DNA of 64,000 bases, taken from contig JAUSIQ010000038.1 of NCBI GenBank assembly GCA_030647955.1, forward strand, positions 421 to 64,420, in the 5' to 3' direction. This DNA is from a bacterium. GTDB lineage: Bacteria > Patescibacteriota > Minisyncoccia > 2-02-FULL-40-12 > IGHO2-12-FULL-4. Positions 20,357-29,890 of this stretch are shown in pieces. Positions within the stretch are counted from its first letter, which is position 1. Each line of letters starts with the position of its first letter. A program made the position numbers and the translations under genes. Under the pieces are notes generated by a model that was given only the letters and a program-made list of their open reading frames with translations, was not told the DNA's origin and searched no databases.

Positions 20357-21058
20357 ATGGATGAACAAAATATCAATAAAAAAGAGCAGTATGATCAGCA
20401 GAAAGGGGTAGAATTGACCGTGTTGAGGCGAAAAAAGATGCGCAGGCGCATTACGTTTTGGTTAGTGGTTTTGGTGGTGTTGATCGGTTCGGTGTGGGGA
20501 TTAGCCAAGGTGGCCAGTCGTATGCCGGAAAATAGTCCGGTTGGTGCCATGGATAAAGTTTCTGGGGACGATTGGGTCAAGGGTAACCCCGCAGCGACGA
20601 ATATCTTGATTGAGTATGGAGATTTTCAGTGTCCGGCCTGCCGGGCTTATTTCCCACTGGTGGAGCAGTTGGTTAAAGAAAAAGGGGATCGGTTACAGTT
20701 TATTTATCGACACTTTCCTTTACCACAGCATAAAAACGCCAAGCCTGCTGCTTATGCTTCGGAAGCGGCGGGGGTGCAGGGAAAATTCTGGGAGATGTAT
20801 CAACTGATTTATGAGGGCCAGAATAATTGGAAAGACGTGAGGGATGCCAAAGATATTTTCGTAGACTATGCCAAAACTCTCGGCCTCAATCTCGATGATT
20901 TCAAAAAAGATCTAGGTTCGGATGTGATAAAGTCTAAAGTAGAGAGCCAGGCTAAGGGCGGGACGCAAGCAGGGCTGAACTCTACGCCCACCTTTATATT
21001 TAACGGTAAGCGTATACAGCCCCAGAATTATGAGGAGTTTTCCAATTTAATTCCCTAG
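20357..21058 (+). CDS. Membrane-anchored DsbA-family oxidoreductase
   Basis: TM anchor; EYGDFQCPAC, YRHFPL, QGKFWEM, STPTF cis-Pro loop. Confidence 0.92.
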   Translation: MDEQNINKKEQYDQQKGVELTVLRRKKMRRRITFWLVVLVVLIGSVWGLAKVASRMPENSPVGAMDKVSGDDWVKGNPAATNILIEYGDFQCPACRAYFPLVEQLVKEKGDRLQFIYRHFPLPQHKNAKPAAYASEAAGVQGKFWEMYQLIYEGQNNWKDVRDAKDIFVDYAKTLGLNLDDFKKDLGSDVIKSKVESQAKGGTQAGLNSTPTFIFNGKRIQPQNYEEFSNLIP

Positions 21059-21061
21059 GCT

Positions 21062-21505
21062 ATGAGTATTTTTTCTCGCCGAATTATTTGGGCGATGGTT
21101 GCGGTGGCTTTTTTAGGTTTTTTGGATGCTGTCTTTTTGACCATCGAACATTACACCAACAATATTCCGCCCTGTTTTGCGCTGACCGGTTGTGAACAGG
21201 TGACCACCAGTGTCTATGCGACCGTGGCTGGAATCCCCGTGGCTTTGGCGGGGGCGGCTTATTATTTTCTGATTCTTGTTGTGGGACTGCTTTATCTTGA
21301 TCTCCGAAACGCAAAGTTACTGACCGCGATGAGTTACCTTCCCATTGTGGGATTACTGGCCTCAATCTATTTCGTCTCTCTGCAGCTGTTTGTCATTAAG
21401 GCGCTGTGTCTTTATTGTGTTGTTTCGGCCATGACCTCGACCACCCTTTTTATTCTGGGATTAATTGTATTACAATTAAGGAAGAAGGAGGTGTCACATG
21501 AATAA
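21062..21505 (+). CDS. Vitamin K epoxide reductase (VKOR) family protein
   Basis: C-x5-C loop cysteines, GIPVA, ALCLYC active site; four TM segments. Confidence 0.92.
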   Translation: MSIFSRRIIWAMVAVAFLGFLDAVFLTIEHYTNNIPPCFALTGCEQVTTSVYATVAGIPVALAGAAYYFLILVVGLLYLDLRNAKLLTAMSYLPIVGLLASIYFVSLQLFVIKALCLYCVVSAMTSTTLFILGLIVLQLRKKEVSHE

Positions 21506-21935
21506 AAAATCCATTCTTTTTATATTTTTGCTTCGCATCGCCCTAGGCTCTCTTTTCCTGTACGCCGGTTTCACCAAAGTCATCAACTCCAATTGGTCTG
21601 CGGCTGGATACTTAAACGGCGCCAAATCCTTTTCCGGACTTTATCACTGGTTTGCCAGTCCCGCCAATATTAGCTGGGTCAATTTTCTAAACGAATGGGG
21701 GTTGACGGCAATTGGTTTTTGTCTAATTTTGGGACTGTTTGTGCGCTGGGCTTCTTTGGGCGGTATTCTTCTGATGGTTCTTTATTATCTCGCTATCTTG
21801 AAATTCCCTTATGTCGGAGACCATTCTTTGTTGGTTGATGAGCACATTATTTATATCTTGGCCCTGGCTTTATTAGGGGTCGCTCGTGCCGGTAATTTCT
21901 GGGGGCTAGATGGTTTAATGAAAAAGGGAAATTAG
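21498..21935 (+). CDS. DoxX-family membrane protein
   Basis: LRIALG.LFLYAG..K, LILGLFVR, GLD. Confidence 0.85.
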   Translation: MNKKSILFIFLLRIALGSLFLYAGFTKVINSNWSAAGYLNGAKSFSGLYHWFASPANISWVNFLNEWGLTAIGFCLILGLFVRWASLGGILLMVLYYLAILKFPYVGDHSLLVDEHIIYILALALLGVARAGNFWGLDGLMKKGN

Positions 21936-21938
21936 GTT

Positions 21939-22190
21939 ATGCAAAGAAAAGTTTGGTTTAAGGCGAAGAGGTATGGCTGGGGATGGTATCCGGTAACCTG
22001 GCAGGGTTGGCTAATTTTGGTTGTCTATGTGTTTATTCTGATCAATATTTTTAGAGAAATAGATTCGGCTTCGCATTCGGTTAGTGACACTTTGATTAAT
22101 TTTCTTCCCCAAACCGTTATCGTCACGGCCATTCTAATACTGATCTGCTACATGACTGGCGAAAAGCTTCGCTGGCGCTGGGGTAAGTAG
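21939..22190 (+). CDS. Conserved small membrane protein
   Basis: WFKAKRYGWGWYPVTWQGW...GEK.RWRWG; two TM segments. Confidence 0.75.
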   Translation: MQRKVWFKAKRYGWGWYPVTWQGWLILVVYVFILINIFREIDSASHSVSDTLINFLPQTVIVTAILILICYMTGEKLRWRWGK

Positions 22191-22291
22191 CTAGAGAAAT
22201 CTCCTGCTCCGGTTAAGTTAAAAAGCCCGTCCAGGGTTTTTTAACTTAATAGAAAAATTATCTTTCTAAGTTAAGGTGATTTAAATAAAAT

Positions 22292-22876
22292 ATGAAGGAA
22301 AACAGTTTCGCTCTCTTTAAATACGAGCTAGGCCGGGTCATTGCGCGCAGTCTTAACGCAGAGAAGGTCGACCAGATCTCTCCTGCAGATTGGACGCAGG
22401 GACCCAAGGACGCTCCACACATCCTCATACAGTATGGAGATTTTCAATGTCCAGCCTGTGGTTCTTACTACCCCTTAATAAAAAAACTTTTAAAAGAGCA
22501 TGGTGAAGAGTTCCAGTTTGTCTATCGACACTTTCCTTTACTTATTCATCCTTATGCGAGAGTGGCCGTCCAGGCTGCGGAAGCGGCGGGACATCAGGGA
22601 AGATTTTGGGATATGCACGATCTGCTTTTCGAACACCAGGCCGAGTGGTCAGCCGCTCCCTTACCGGAGGTATTCTTTAATGAATATGCACGATTAATGG
22701 GGCTGAACTTAGAACAATTTAGAAAAGACGAGTCTTCGGATGAGGTTAAAGATAAAGTTGAGCGGGATTATTACGGAGGCTTGCGGGCCGGAGTAGATGG
22801 GACACCCACTTTTTTCCTAAACGGCGAAAAAATTTTACCCCAAAGCTACCAGGAATTTGTTGAATTAGTACATTAA
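22292..22876 (+). CDS. Second DsbA-family oxidoreductase with no visible export signal
   Basis: YGDFQCPAC, YRHFPL, QGRFWDMHD, GTPTFF. Confidence 0.88.
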   Translation: MKENSFALFKYELGRVIARSLNAEKVDQISPADWTQGPKDAPHILIQYGDFQCPACGSYYPLIKKLLKEHGEEFQFVYRHFPLLIHPYARVAVQAAEAAGHQGRFWDMHDLLFEHQAEWSAAPLPEVFFNEYARLMGLNLEQFRKDESSDEVKDKVERDYYGGLRAGVDGTPTFFLNGEKILPQSYQEFVELVH

Positions 22877-22917
22877 TCATCCTATCCTCAAGGTTTTTCA
22901 TTATCTTTTTAATTACA

Positions 22918-23640
22918 ATGCCTAATCGCTCTCACAAGAATATTAAGGGACTTTTACGGGCCCTGGCTTTGCCCATTTTTTTTGGCCTGATCATGCTTAC
23001 CGCATATTTACTGTGGAAGCTTTTTGATTTTCCGCCTCCCGATCGCGCCTTGGAAATAGTCAGGGGATATTTCGACCGTTACGGTTATTTGGTGGTGTTT
23101 GTCAGTGCTTTCATCGAAGGCGCTTTAATTTTAGGATTTTATTTCCCGGGCGGGTTTATTATCTCTTTGAGTGTGATCCTAGCCGGGCAAGATATTTTGA
23201 GAATTATCTTACTAATCTTTGTGGTGGCCGCCGCTTTTGTCTCGGGCTACACGGTGGACTATTTTGTCGGGAGGTATGGCTGGCAGAAAGTTTTTGCCAA
23301 GTTGGGGTTTAGCGAAGAGCTGAAGAAATCCAAGAAAAGACTAGAGAGAAAAACTTTTCGCACTATCTTTCTTACTTATTTTGACGTGAACCTTGCTTCG
23401 ATCACGGCCACGGCGGCGGGAATCTTGCACTATCCTTACGCTCGTTTTTTGCTCTATTCGATTCCCGCCGTCCTTTTTTGGAATGCTTTTTGGGCGGTGA
23501 TTATCTATTGGGTCGGTCAGCAATCCCTGGAGTTTATTACGGGAGGTGCTTTGGCAGTGGTAGTGCTGGTAATCTGGGTGATAGTCACTACGGTGCGCTA
23601 CTTCACGCAGAGCCATCACCGAGAAAGCTGGCAAAGCTAA
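22918..23640 (+). CDS. DedA-family membrane protein
   Basis: YGY..VF...FIEG, FPG, Y.VGR.G, AG...Y..F motifs. Confidence 0.8.
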   Translation: MPNRSHKNIKGLLRALALPIFFGLIMLTAYLLWKLFDFPPPDRALEIVRGYFDRYGYLVVFVSAFIEGALILGFYFPGGFIISLSVILAGQDILRIILLIFVVAAAFVSGYTVDYFVGRYGWQKVFAKLGFSEELKKSKKRLERKTFRTIFLTYFDVNLASITATAAGILHYPYARFLLYSIPAVLFWNAFWAVIIYWVGQQSLEFITGGALAVVVLVIWVIVTTVRYFTQSHHRESWQS

Positions 23641-23695
23641 TCATTGACGCGCAGCTCATTTTGGATTAAAATACCGAAATCTTCATCTTCTCATT

Positions 23696-24784
23696 ATGGC
23701 TACTAATCAATTAAGACAATATATTACAGAGGCCAGAAAATCCGGCATGTCCAATCAAGATATTATCGAGGCTCTAACCAAGTCTGGTTGGCACGTGCAC
23801 GATATTATCGATATCGTGGTAGATTTTCCTCCGAAAGAAACCGGTGCCGCGGTGATCTCTGTACGCAATGTCTCTAAACATTTTGGAAAAGTAAAAGCGC
23901 TCGACGGCGTTACTTTAGATATTCCGAGTGGACAGGTCATAGCTTTGCTTGGTCCGAACGGAGCAGGGAAGACCACGCTGGTGCGCATTTTGGGTACGCT
24001 CTCTCAGCCGACCGAGGGAACGGTAACGATTGCTGGGCTGGATGTGGTCAAAGATGCTCAAGAACTACGGGCTATCATTGGTTTAACGGGGCAGTATGCG
24101 GCGGTGGACGAAATTTTAAGCGGCCGAGAAAATCTAGATATGGTTGGTCAGTTGTATCACCTTCCCATCGAAGAAGCATGCAAACGTACGATTGAGCTAT
24201 TGAAAGAATTTGATTTGGAAGACGCGGCGGATCGCTCCGTCAAAACCTATTCCGGGGGAATGCGTCGTCGTCTCGATTTAGCGGCGAGCTTAGTGATTCG
24301 CCCGAAGGTTTTGTTTTTAGATGAGCCCACCACCGGACTCGACCCACGCAGTCGTTTGGTGATGTGGAATGTTATTCGGGATTTAGTACAAGGTGGCACG
24401 ACCGTTTTGCTTACTACCCAGTACATGGAAGAAGCGGATCAACTCGCGCACCACATTTTTGTTATTGATCACGGAAAAATTATTGCCCAAGGTACTTCTG
24501 ACGAGCTCAAACGTCAAGTAGGTGGCGATGTTTTAGAATTGCATCTGGCTGAACATAAGCAGGTTTCGCAAGCTGCGGAATTAATTAAATCTTTCGGTAG
24601 CGCCGAGCCACGATTTGATTCCAATACGGGTATTGTTACGATGTCCGTACAAGGTGGGGCCACGGTATTAGTGGATGTGGTTCGTCAATTGGATACGGCC
24701 AATGTTAAAATTTCTGATGTGATTTTGCGCCGACCATCCCTTGACGATGTTTTTATTAAATTAACCGGACACTCCGCTCAATAA
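23696..24784 (+). CDS. DrrA-like ABC exporter ATP-binding subunit with N-terminal extension
   Basis: GPNGAGKTT, YSGGMRRRLDLA, DEPTTGLDP, LTTQYMEEAD, RPSLDDVF. Confidence 0.92.
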   Translation: MATNQLRQYITEARKSGMSNQDIIEALTKSGWHVHDIIDIVVDFPPKETGAAVISVRNVSKHFGKVKALDGVTLDIPSGQVIALLGPNGAGKTTLVRILGTLSQPTEGTVTIAGLDVVKDAQELRAIIGLTGQYAAVDEILSGRENLDMVGQLYHLPIEEACKRTIELLKEFDLEDAADRSVKTYSGGMRRRLDLAASLVIRPKVLFLDEPTTGLDPRSRLVMWNVIRDLVQGGTTVLLTTQYMEEADQLAHHIFVIDHGKIIAQGTSDELKRQVGGDVLELHLAEHKQVSQAAELIKSFGSAEPRFDSNTGIVTMSVQGGATVLVDVVRQLDTANVKISDVILRRPSLDDVFIKLTGHSAQ

Positions 24785-24785
24785 T

Positions 24786-25553
24786 ATGGCCAATCTTAAA
24801 ACCACTTTTTCCGATATCGGAGTAATGACGAAGCGCAATCTTTTGCATTATCGTCGTTTGCCGCAATTAATCATTTTCTCTTTTATACAACCGGTAATGT
24901 TTGTTTTGTTATTTGCTTATGTTTTTGGCGGAGCAATCGAGACGTCCAGTGGAAAATATATTAACTTTTTACTGCCCGGAATTTTAGTGCAGACCATTTT
25001 ATTCGGAGCAATGATGACCGGAGTGAGTTTAGCCAACGACATTACTAAGGGCATGATTGATCGGTTTCGTTCTTTGCCTATGGCTCGTTCCGCGGTATTA
25101 GCCGGGCGAACGATTACCGAAATGATTCGTAATATTTTTGTGGTGGTTTTAATGACGGCGGTTGGTTATTTGATCGGTTTTCGGATTGAGCACGGGTGGG
25201 GTAATTTCGGCTTCGCCGTTCTCTTTATCGCGCTGGTGGGCTTCGCCTTCTCTTGGGTTTCAGCCGCGATCGGGTTGTGGGTGAAAAATGTGGAAACGGC
25301 GCAGAGTGCTGGATTCATTTGGGTTTTCCCTTTGGCTTTCGCTAGCTCTATTTTTGTACCGATTGAAACGATGAGCGGAGGGGTGCGCACTTTTGCCGAG
25401 CATAATCCGATCACTTACATGGTGAACACGGTACGGGCTTTGTCTCTGGGAACCCCGGTGGGTAACAATATTTGGTATGCTCTGATTTGGGTTGGAGCGA
25501 TTCTCGCGGTCTTCATTCCTGTCGCTGTGCATATTTATCGTAAAAATACGTAA
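24786..25553 (+). CDS. DrrB-like ABC-2 permease
   Basis: IQPVMFVLLFAYVFGG, DRFRSLPMARSA, NPIT. Confidence 0.92.
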   Translation: MANLKTTFSDIGVMTKRNLLHYRRLPQLIIFSFIQPVMFVLLFAYVFGGAIETSSGKYINFLLPGILVQTILFGAMMTGVSLANDITKGMIDRFRSLPMARSAVLAGRTITEMIRNIFVVVLMTAVGYLIGFRIEHGWGNFGFAVLFIALVGFAFSWVSAAIGLWVKNVETAQSAGFIWVFPLAFASSIFVPIETMSGGVRTFAEHNPITYMVNTVRALSLGTPVGNNIWYALIWVGAILAVFIPVAVHIYRKNT

Positions 25554-25558
25554 ACCAG

Positions 25559-25592
25559 AAAAAGCGGCGTGTCGTTGACACGCCGCTTTTTT
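25559..25592 (+). terminator. Intrinsic terminator containing a TTGACA hexamer
   Basis: aaaaagcggcgtgtc gtt gacacgccgcttttt. Confidence 0.85.
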
Positions 25593-25633
25593 ATTTGTAG
25601 AAATAGTATACCTTAACAATTAAGGAGAAGGCA

Positions 25634-26428
25634 GTGATGGTTAAGCCATATATCGGAGTGACGGGGATTACCAAAGCGGAACAGGCCGAGGCACTTTTAT
25701 CTCTAATGCGACCGGGATCAAAAAGAAAGTTAATGATTGGGGTATTGGCTAGCCGGAGAACATTAGCAGGTGGCCGCAGCGATTTTGCTCCGGAGCGCTA
25801 TCCGTGTCTTGAAGATATCACCGATATTTTTCCTTTCCATTCCAATGCTCTCAATTTGGTGCACTATAATACTAAAACAGTGCAGTTTTTCGAGGAGCTG
25901 GCGGAAGTGCACTACTTGGCCGGTCCGTATTTCGACGGTTTCCAGTTGAATATATGCTGGCCCAGTGCGGTAGAGATTAAGCGCTACCATGATTGGGTGG
26001 ATAATGGGAATCGGGCTACGGGGCTGTTCATGCCTTTACCACACAAGACTATCGTTTTGCAGATTGGAGCAAGGGCGCTTCAAGAAATAGAATCTTCTCC
26101 GGCCAAGCTGGTGCAGAGACTCAATGATTATCGTGGTCTAGTCCATTCTGTGCTGATCGACCCTAGCGGTGGACAAGGAAAAATGTTGGATGTTGGCGCC
26201 GCCGGTAATTATTTGCGAGCCATTCGCAATGTTTATCCGGGATTGGCTTTAGGGGTAGCGGGGGGGTTGAGTCCTTCGACCCTGCCGCGAATTAGGCCAT
26301 TGGTAGATGAGTTTTGCGATTTGAGTATCGATGCGGAAGGTCGCTTAAGAGATGAGAATGATAAATTGCATTTAGGAGTAGCGGGTTTGTATGTTAAGGA
26401 TTCTATAAATCTTTTTGCCAATAGTTAA
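25634..26428 (+). CDS. TrpF/PRAI-like TIM-barrel protein of unknown function
   Basis: GVTGIT N-terminus, LIDPSGGQG, VAGGLSP, SIDAEG. Confidence 0.65.
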   Translation: MMVKPYIGVTGITKAEQAEALLSLMRPGSKRKLMIGVLASRRTLAGGRSDFAPERYPCLEDITDIFPFHSNALNLVHYNTKTVQFFEELAEVHYLAGPYFDGFQLNICWPSAVEIKRYHDWVDNGNRATGLFMPLPHKTIVLQIGARALQEIESSPAKLVQRLNDYRGLVHSVLIDPSGGQGKMLDVGAAGNYLRAIRNVYPGLALGVAGGLSPSTLPRIRPLVDEFCDLSIDAEGRLRDENDKLHLGVAGLYVKDSINLFANS

Positions 26429-26453
26429 GAGAGCTCTGCTCTCTTTTTTGTTT

Positions 26454-26485
26454 ACCCGCCATAATCTTCTGAAGTTTAGGCGGGT
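26454..26485. repeat. REP-like hairpin (intergenic relative of the typA insert)
   Basis: acccgcc ataatcttctgaagttta ggcgggt. Confidence 0.65.
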
Positions 26486-26560
26486 TGCCCATTTCATAAT
26501 TTACTCATCAAATGAGCCTATGTTCCTTGCAAATATTTAAATCACGCAGTCTGTATTTTT

Positions 26561-28246
26561 ATGAACTACAACACCTTGGCTGGAATCCGCAAAGCGGTTT
26601 CTTTTATGTTAGTTTTGGCGTTTATGGCCTTACTGGTGCCATCAACCGGATCAGTTTGGGCAGCTAGTCCGAGTATGGTTATTAGTGCTAGCGCGAACAC
26701 GCCTGGCACGGCTTTGAGTATTTCCGGAAGTGGCTTCAGCTCTGGGGAAACGGTGCGGATTACCGGCTTTGGAGCAGATTCGGTGATGGTCACAGCTAAC
26801 GGTGGCGGCAGTTTTAGCGGAGCGAGCTTAACTATTCCGAGCGATACCCCTGAGGGCAGTTATCAAATTCAGGCAGTGGGACAAAGTTCTCGCTTAAGAG
26901 CCGTTGATAATTTTTATGTAGGAAGATTCTATCCGATGCTGGCTCCTTCGGCTTGGTACCTCAAAACTGGCCAATTGTTTACTTTGAATGGCACTGGATT
27001 CATGGCGGGAGAGAAGGTGACGGTCTCGGCAGGTGGAGTGACTAAAGAAGTGACCACCGACGGGGCGGGTAGTTTTACGACCAGCTCTTTTAGCGTACCT
27101 TTCAATGTAGTTTTAAGTGCGGGATTAAATGCTAATGCTTCAGGACAAACTAGTTTGGAGAGCACAGCCATCAATATTTCTTTAGGTGGGCATTTCCCTT
27201 ACGCTTGGGCCTCTAATTACTATGTCACTCCAGGTAGTACGGTAACCTTTGGAGGAGAAGATTTTGCTCCGGGAGAAATTGTGCAGGTTAAAGTAGGATC
27301 GACCGGTTTGGGGACGGTGGTGCCCGGCGCGACTGGAGGATTCAGTGGTTTTTCAGCCACGGTTCCATTTGGTGTTACTTCTCCGGCCGAATTTACTTTT
27401 ACCGGTCAGGACAGTGGCGCTCAAGCCATTGTGCCAATTACGATCGCACCGTTCAGTGGTCAAGTTACCCCCTCTACTTGGTACACCATGCCGGGATCCG
27501 GAGTTTCTTTTAGTGGTCAAGGATTTGTTTCAGGAGAAAGTGTGGGCATTACCTTAAACGGAGAAGCGACCGGTTCGACCACTGTCAATTCCCTGGGGAA
27601 CTTTTCCGTCGGTCCTTTAACCATTCCCTTCGGCTCTGCGATGGCCCATTTTACTTTTATGGGTCAATTGAGCGGGATCTCTCTGTCGATCGATATTTCT
27701 CTCGGCCAATTCTATCCTTACGTCGCCTTGAATAATTACTACAGTGTAGGCGGGACACCCGTCACCGTGACGGGCGGAGGCTTTGGAGCGGGAGAAAATG
27801 TGGCGATTACTTTTGGAGGAGCAAACTTGGGCACAGCTACCGCCGACTCTACGGGTGCCTTAAGTTTTCCTGCCAATGTCCCATTCTCTACGGCGGGAAC
27901 AAAAACCGTTCAAGCCCAAGGAGTTTCTACGGGAGCAGTAGGATTGACGGGCTTTACTCAGGCTCCCGTGTGGTCTTCGATTCAATTGGGCAGTTATGCC
28001 GGTGCTCCTGGCACCGCAGTAACTTTTATTGGTTCCGGATACTTACCCAATGAGCCAATGGAAATTCGCACTGATCGCACCGGTTCCACCGTGGTGCACA
28101 CTTTCACGGCCAACTCTTCGGGAGGTTTTATGAATGCGGGTTATGCTATTCCCGCCACTTTTGTGGAAGGTCCGTTAACCTTCACTATTACCGGAACACA
28201 CAGCCTCAATTCCAACTCGATTATCTATTACGTCACCGGTAACTAA
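26561..28246 (+). CDS. Secreted protein built from six tandem Ig/IPT-like repeats
   Basis: Signal peptide; six repeats of G-x6-G-x-G-[FY]-x2-[GN]-E-x-[VM]-like motif at roughly 87-aa spacing. Confidence 0.8.
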   Translation: MNYNTLAGIRKAVSFMLVLAFMALLVPSTGSVWAASPSMVISASANTPGTALSISGSGFSSGETVRITGFGADSVMVTANGGGSFSGASLTIPSDTPEGSYQIQAVGQSSRLRAVDNFYVGRFYPMLAPSAWYLKTGQLFTLNGTGFMAGEKVTVSAGGVTKEVTTDGAGSFTTSSFSVPFNVVLSAGLNANASGQTSLESTAINISLGGHFPYAWASNYYVTPGSTVTFGGEDFAPGEIVQVKVGSTGLGTVVPGATGGFSGFSATVPFGVTSPAEFTFTGQDSGAQAIVPITIAPFSGQVTPSTWYTMPGSGVSFSGQGFVSGESVGITLNGEATGSTTVNSLGNFSVGPLTIPFGSAMAHFTFMGQLSGISLSIDISLGQFYPYVALNNYYSVGGTPVTVTGGGFGAGENVAITFGGANLGTATADSTGALSFPANVPFSTAGTKTVQAQGVSTGAVGLTGFTQAPVWSSIQLGSYAGAPGTAVTFIGSGYLPNEPMEIRTDRTGSTVVHTFTANSSGGFMNAGYAIPATFVEGPLTFTITGTHSLNSNSIIYYVTGN

Positions 28247-28261
28247 ATTCAAGTAATAGTC

Positions 28262-28299
28262 TAAACAAAACTCCCCGCTTAGGCGCGGAGTTTTGTTTA
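28262..28299 (+). terminator. Intrinsic terminator
   Basis: taaacaaaactcc...ggagttttgttta. Confidence 0.75.
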
Positions 28300-28389
28300 T
28301 TTTACTGAACGAGGAGCAAAATGGAAGATTCTCATCTTACATTTTGTCCGAGTGAAGTTAAAAGGGTTAATACTTCGATGCTCTGCATC

Positions 28390-28441
28390 GGGTCAGAAGA
28401 GTATAAAACTCTTCTGACCCCCCGCAGCTTGCTGCGAGGGG
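28390..28441. repeat. Two adjacent hairpins (possible mobile-element end remnant)
   Basis: gggtcagaagagt-ataaa-actcttctgaccc (13-bp perfect stem), then cccgcagcttgctgcgagggg. Confidence 0.7.
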
Positions 28442-28462
28442 TGTTCATGGTAAGATTAAAAA

Positions 28463-28663
28463 ATGGAAGAAATTCTAAAAAAATTACAGGAACAGGAGGA
28501 GAAGTTAAACGCGATTTATAAGTCCACCGAAAAGACTCGCAAATATTTTAAATGGACATTAATTTTAAGTATCGTTTTCTTTATTTTACCTTTGATCGGA
28601 CTATTAATTGTCATTCCACAGTTTCTTAGTACTCTTGGGGGAGGAGCCGACTTATTAAGATAG
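28463..28663 (+). CDS. Small conserved membrane protein
   Basis: KL..QE.KL.AIYKS.EKTRKYF followed by a TM segment. Confidence 0.7.
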   Translation: MEEILKKLQEQEEKLNAIYKSTEKTRKYFKWTLILSIVFFILPLIGLLIVIPQFLSTLGGGADLLR

Positions 28664-28667
28664 TCAT

Positions 28668-29057
28668 ATGGATAAAGTAGAGAAAACTGAAGAAGAGTGG
28701 GAAAAAGAATTAAGCCCCGAAGAGTTTAATATCTTGCGGCGCAAAGGAACAGAGGCGCCATTTACGGGGGAGTATTGGAACGATCACGAGAAGGGAACAT
28801 ACAAATGCCGGGCTTGCGGTTTAGAACTTTTTTCCTCGGAAACTAAATTCGATTCCGGCACAGGCTGGCCAAGTTTTACTGATCCCATGAACAGGGAAAA
28901 CGTGGAATTAAAATTGGATACAAGTCACGGCACGCAAAGAGTAGAAGTACTTTGCAAGCGCTGTGGTTCTCATCTGGGTCATGTTTTTGAAGACGGTCCG
29001 GCTGACAAAGGCGGTAAAAGATTCTGCATTAATTCCTGTGCGCTGAAGAAGGAATAA
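28668..29057 (+). CDS. msrB: Peptide methionine sulfoxide reductase B
   Basis: GTEAPF, KFDSGTGWPSF, SHLGHVF.DGP, RFCINS; two Zn-binding CxxC. Confidence 0.96.
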   Translation: MDKVEKTEEEWEKELSPEEFNILRRKGTEAPFTGEYWNDHEKGTYKCRACGLELFSSETKFDSGTGWPSFTDPMNRENVELKLDTSHGTQRVEVLCKRCGSHLGHVFEDGPADKGGKRFCINSCALKKE

Positions 29058-29122
29058 ATATTGACATAACATTCTCAAAGTGTTATTATCTGCCAAGCTA
29101 TTTGATTTGAAGAGGAGCTTCT

Positions 29123-29374
29123 ATGAAAGCTTTCGTGTTGCAATATTACCACACAGGGGTGGCGGTAGGCAGAAGAATAAACTCTTTGGTTATGATTGCC
29201 GAATCGGAAAGCGTTGCTCTTGGGAAATTAGGTGCCAAAAAAACGGCTTGTCACCAGGTGCTAATCCCGGAGGACCTATCTAATAAATTAGGGATCCCGG
29301 TTGCTTTAAGAAAGACCATTATCCTTAGTGAGGTGCCGCTTTTTTCTTCTGATGAAAATTGCGACCGCTGCTAG
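29123..29374 (+). CDS. Hypothetical protein
   Basis: TTGACA promoter and GAGGAG ribosome-binding site. Confidence 0.5.
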   Translation: MKAFVLQYYHTGVAVGRRINSLVMIAESESVALGKLGAKKTACHQVLIPEDLSNKLGIPVALRKTIILSEVPLFSSDENCDRC

Positions 29375-29383
29375 GAGGAGGCC

Positions 29384-29779
29384 ATGGCTAAAATTCCTGA
29401 AGATTTAACTGGATTTATCGAGGCTCCTTTTAGTGAGACTATCGGGCTATTGAAGGAAGCGACCCCAAAAGAGCTGGAAGAAAGTTTTGTTCGCTTCTTT
29501 GCTTTAATCAACGAAAAAGTTTTATTTCTTATACGAGAAGGATCTCGTCATGAAGTGAGGCATGCGGCGTTACTACTCGGCTCCTTTTTGGTCAATAGGG
29601 TTGGTAGGAATTTAGTACGTTATTCTCCTCATATATTTGGTAAGCTGGAAGCATATTATAATTTGCTTAGCCTAGCCTCTACTAAGAATGACGCGGCCGC
29701 TATCCCTTCGATTATCAAAGATGATCATAGTGTTCGTATCCAGGTCTTAATTCTGGCCCCGGAAAATCTATACGTCTAA
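29384..29779 (+). CDS. Hypothetical protein
   Basis: GGAGGAGG ribosome-binding site; followed by the terminator aagcgggcaatgcccgcttttt. Confidence 0.55.
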   Translation: MAKIPEDLTGFIEAPFSETIGLLKEATPKELEESFVRFFALINEKVLFLIREGSRHEVRHAALLLGSFLVNRVGRNLVRYSPHIFGKLEAYYNLLSLASTKNDAAAIPSIIKDDHSVRIQVLILAPENLYV

Positions 29780-29890
29780 AACCAAGCGGGCAATGCCCGC
29801 TTTTTGCTTGCTCAATTGACCGCAAACCCTTTAAATGCTATACTTATCTTCTCGTTGCCTATTTAGATGGCTGGCGGCGGGATTTTTTTT

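Noticed and set aside
28321-28521. 66-aa ORF with a GAGGAG site
   Set aside because: It runs through two hairpins and overlaps a better-supported gene; at most a remnant
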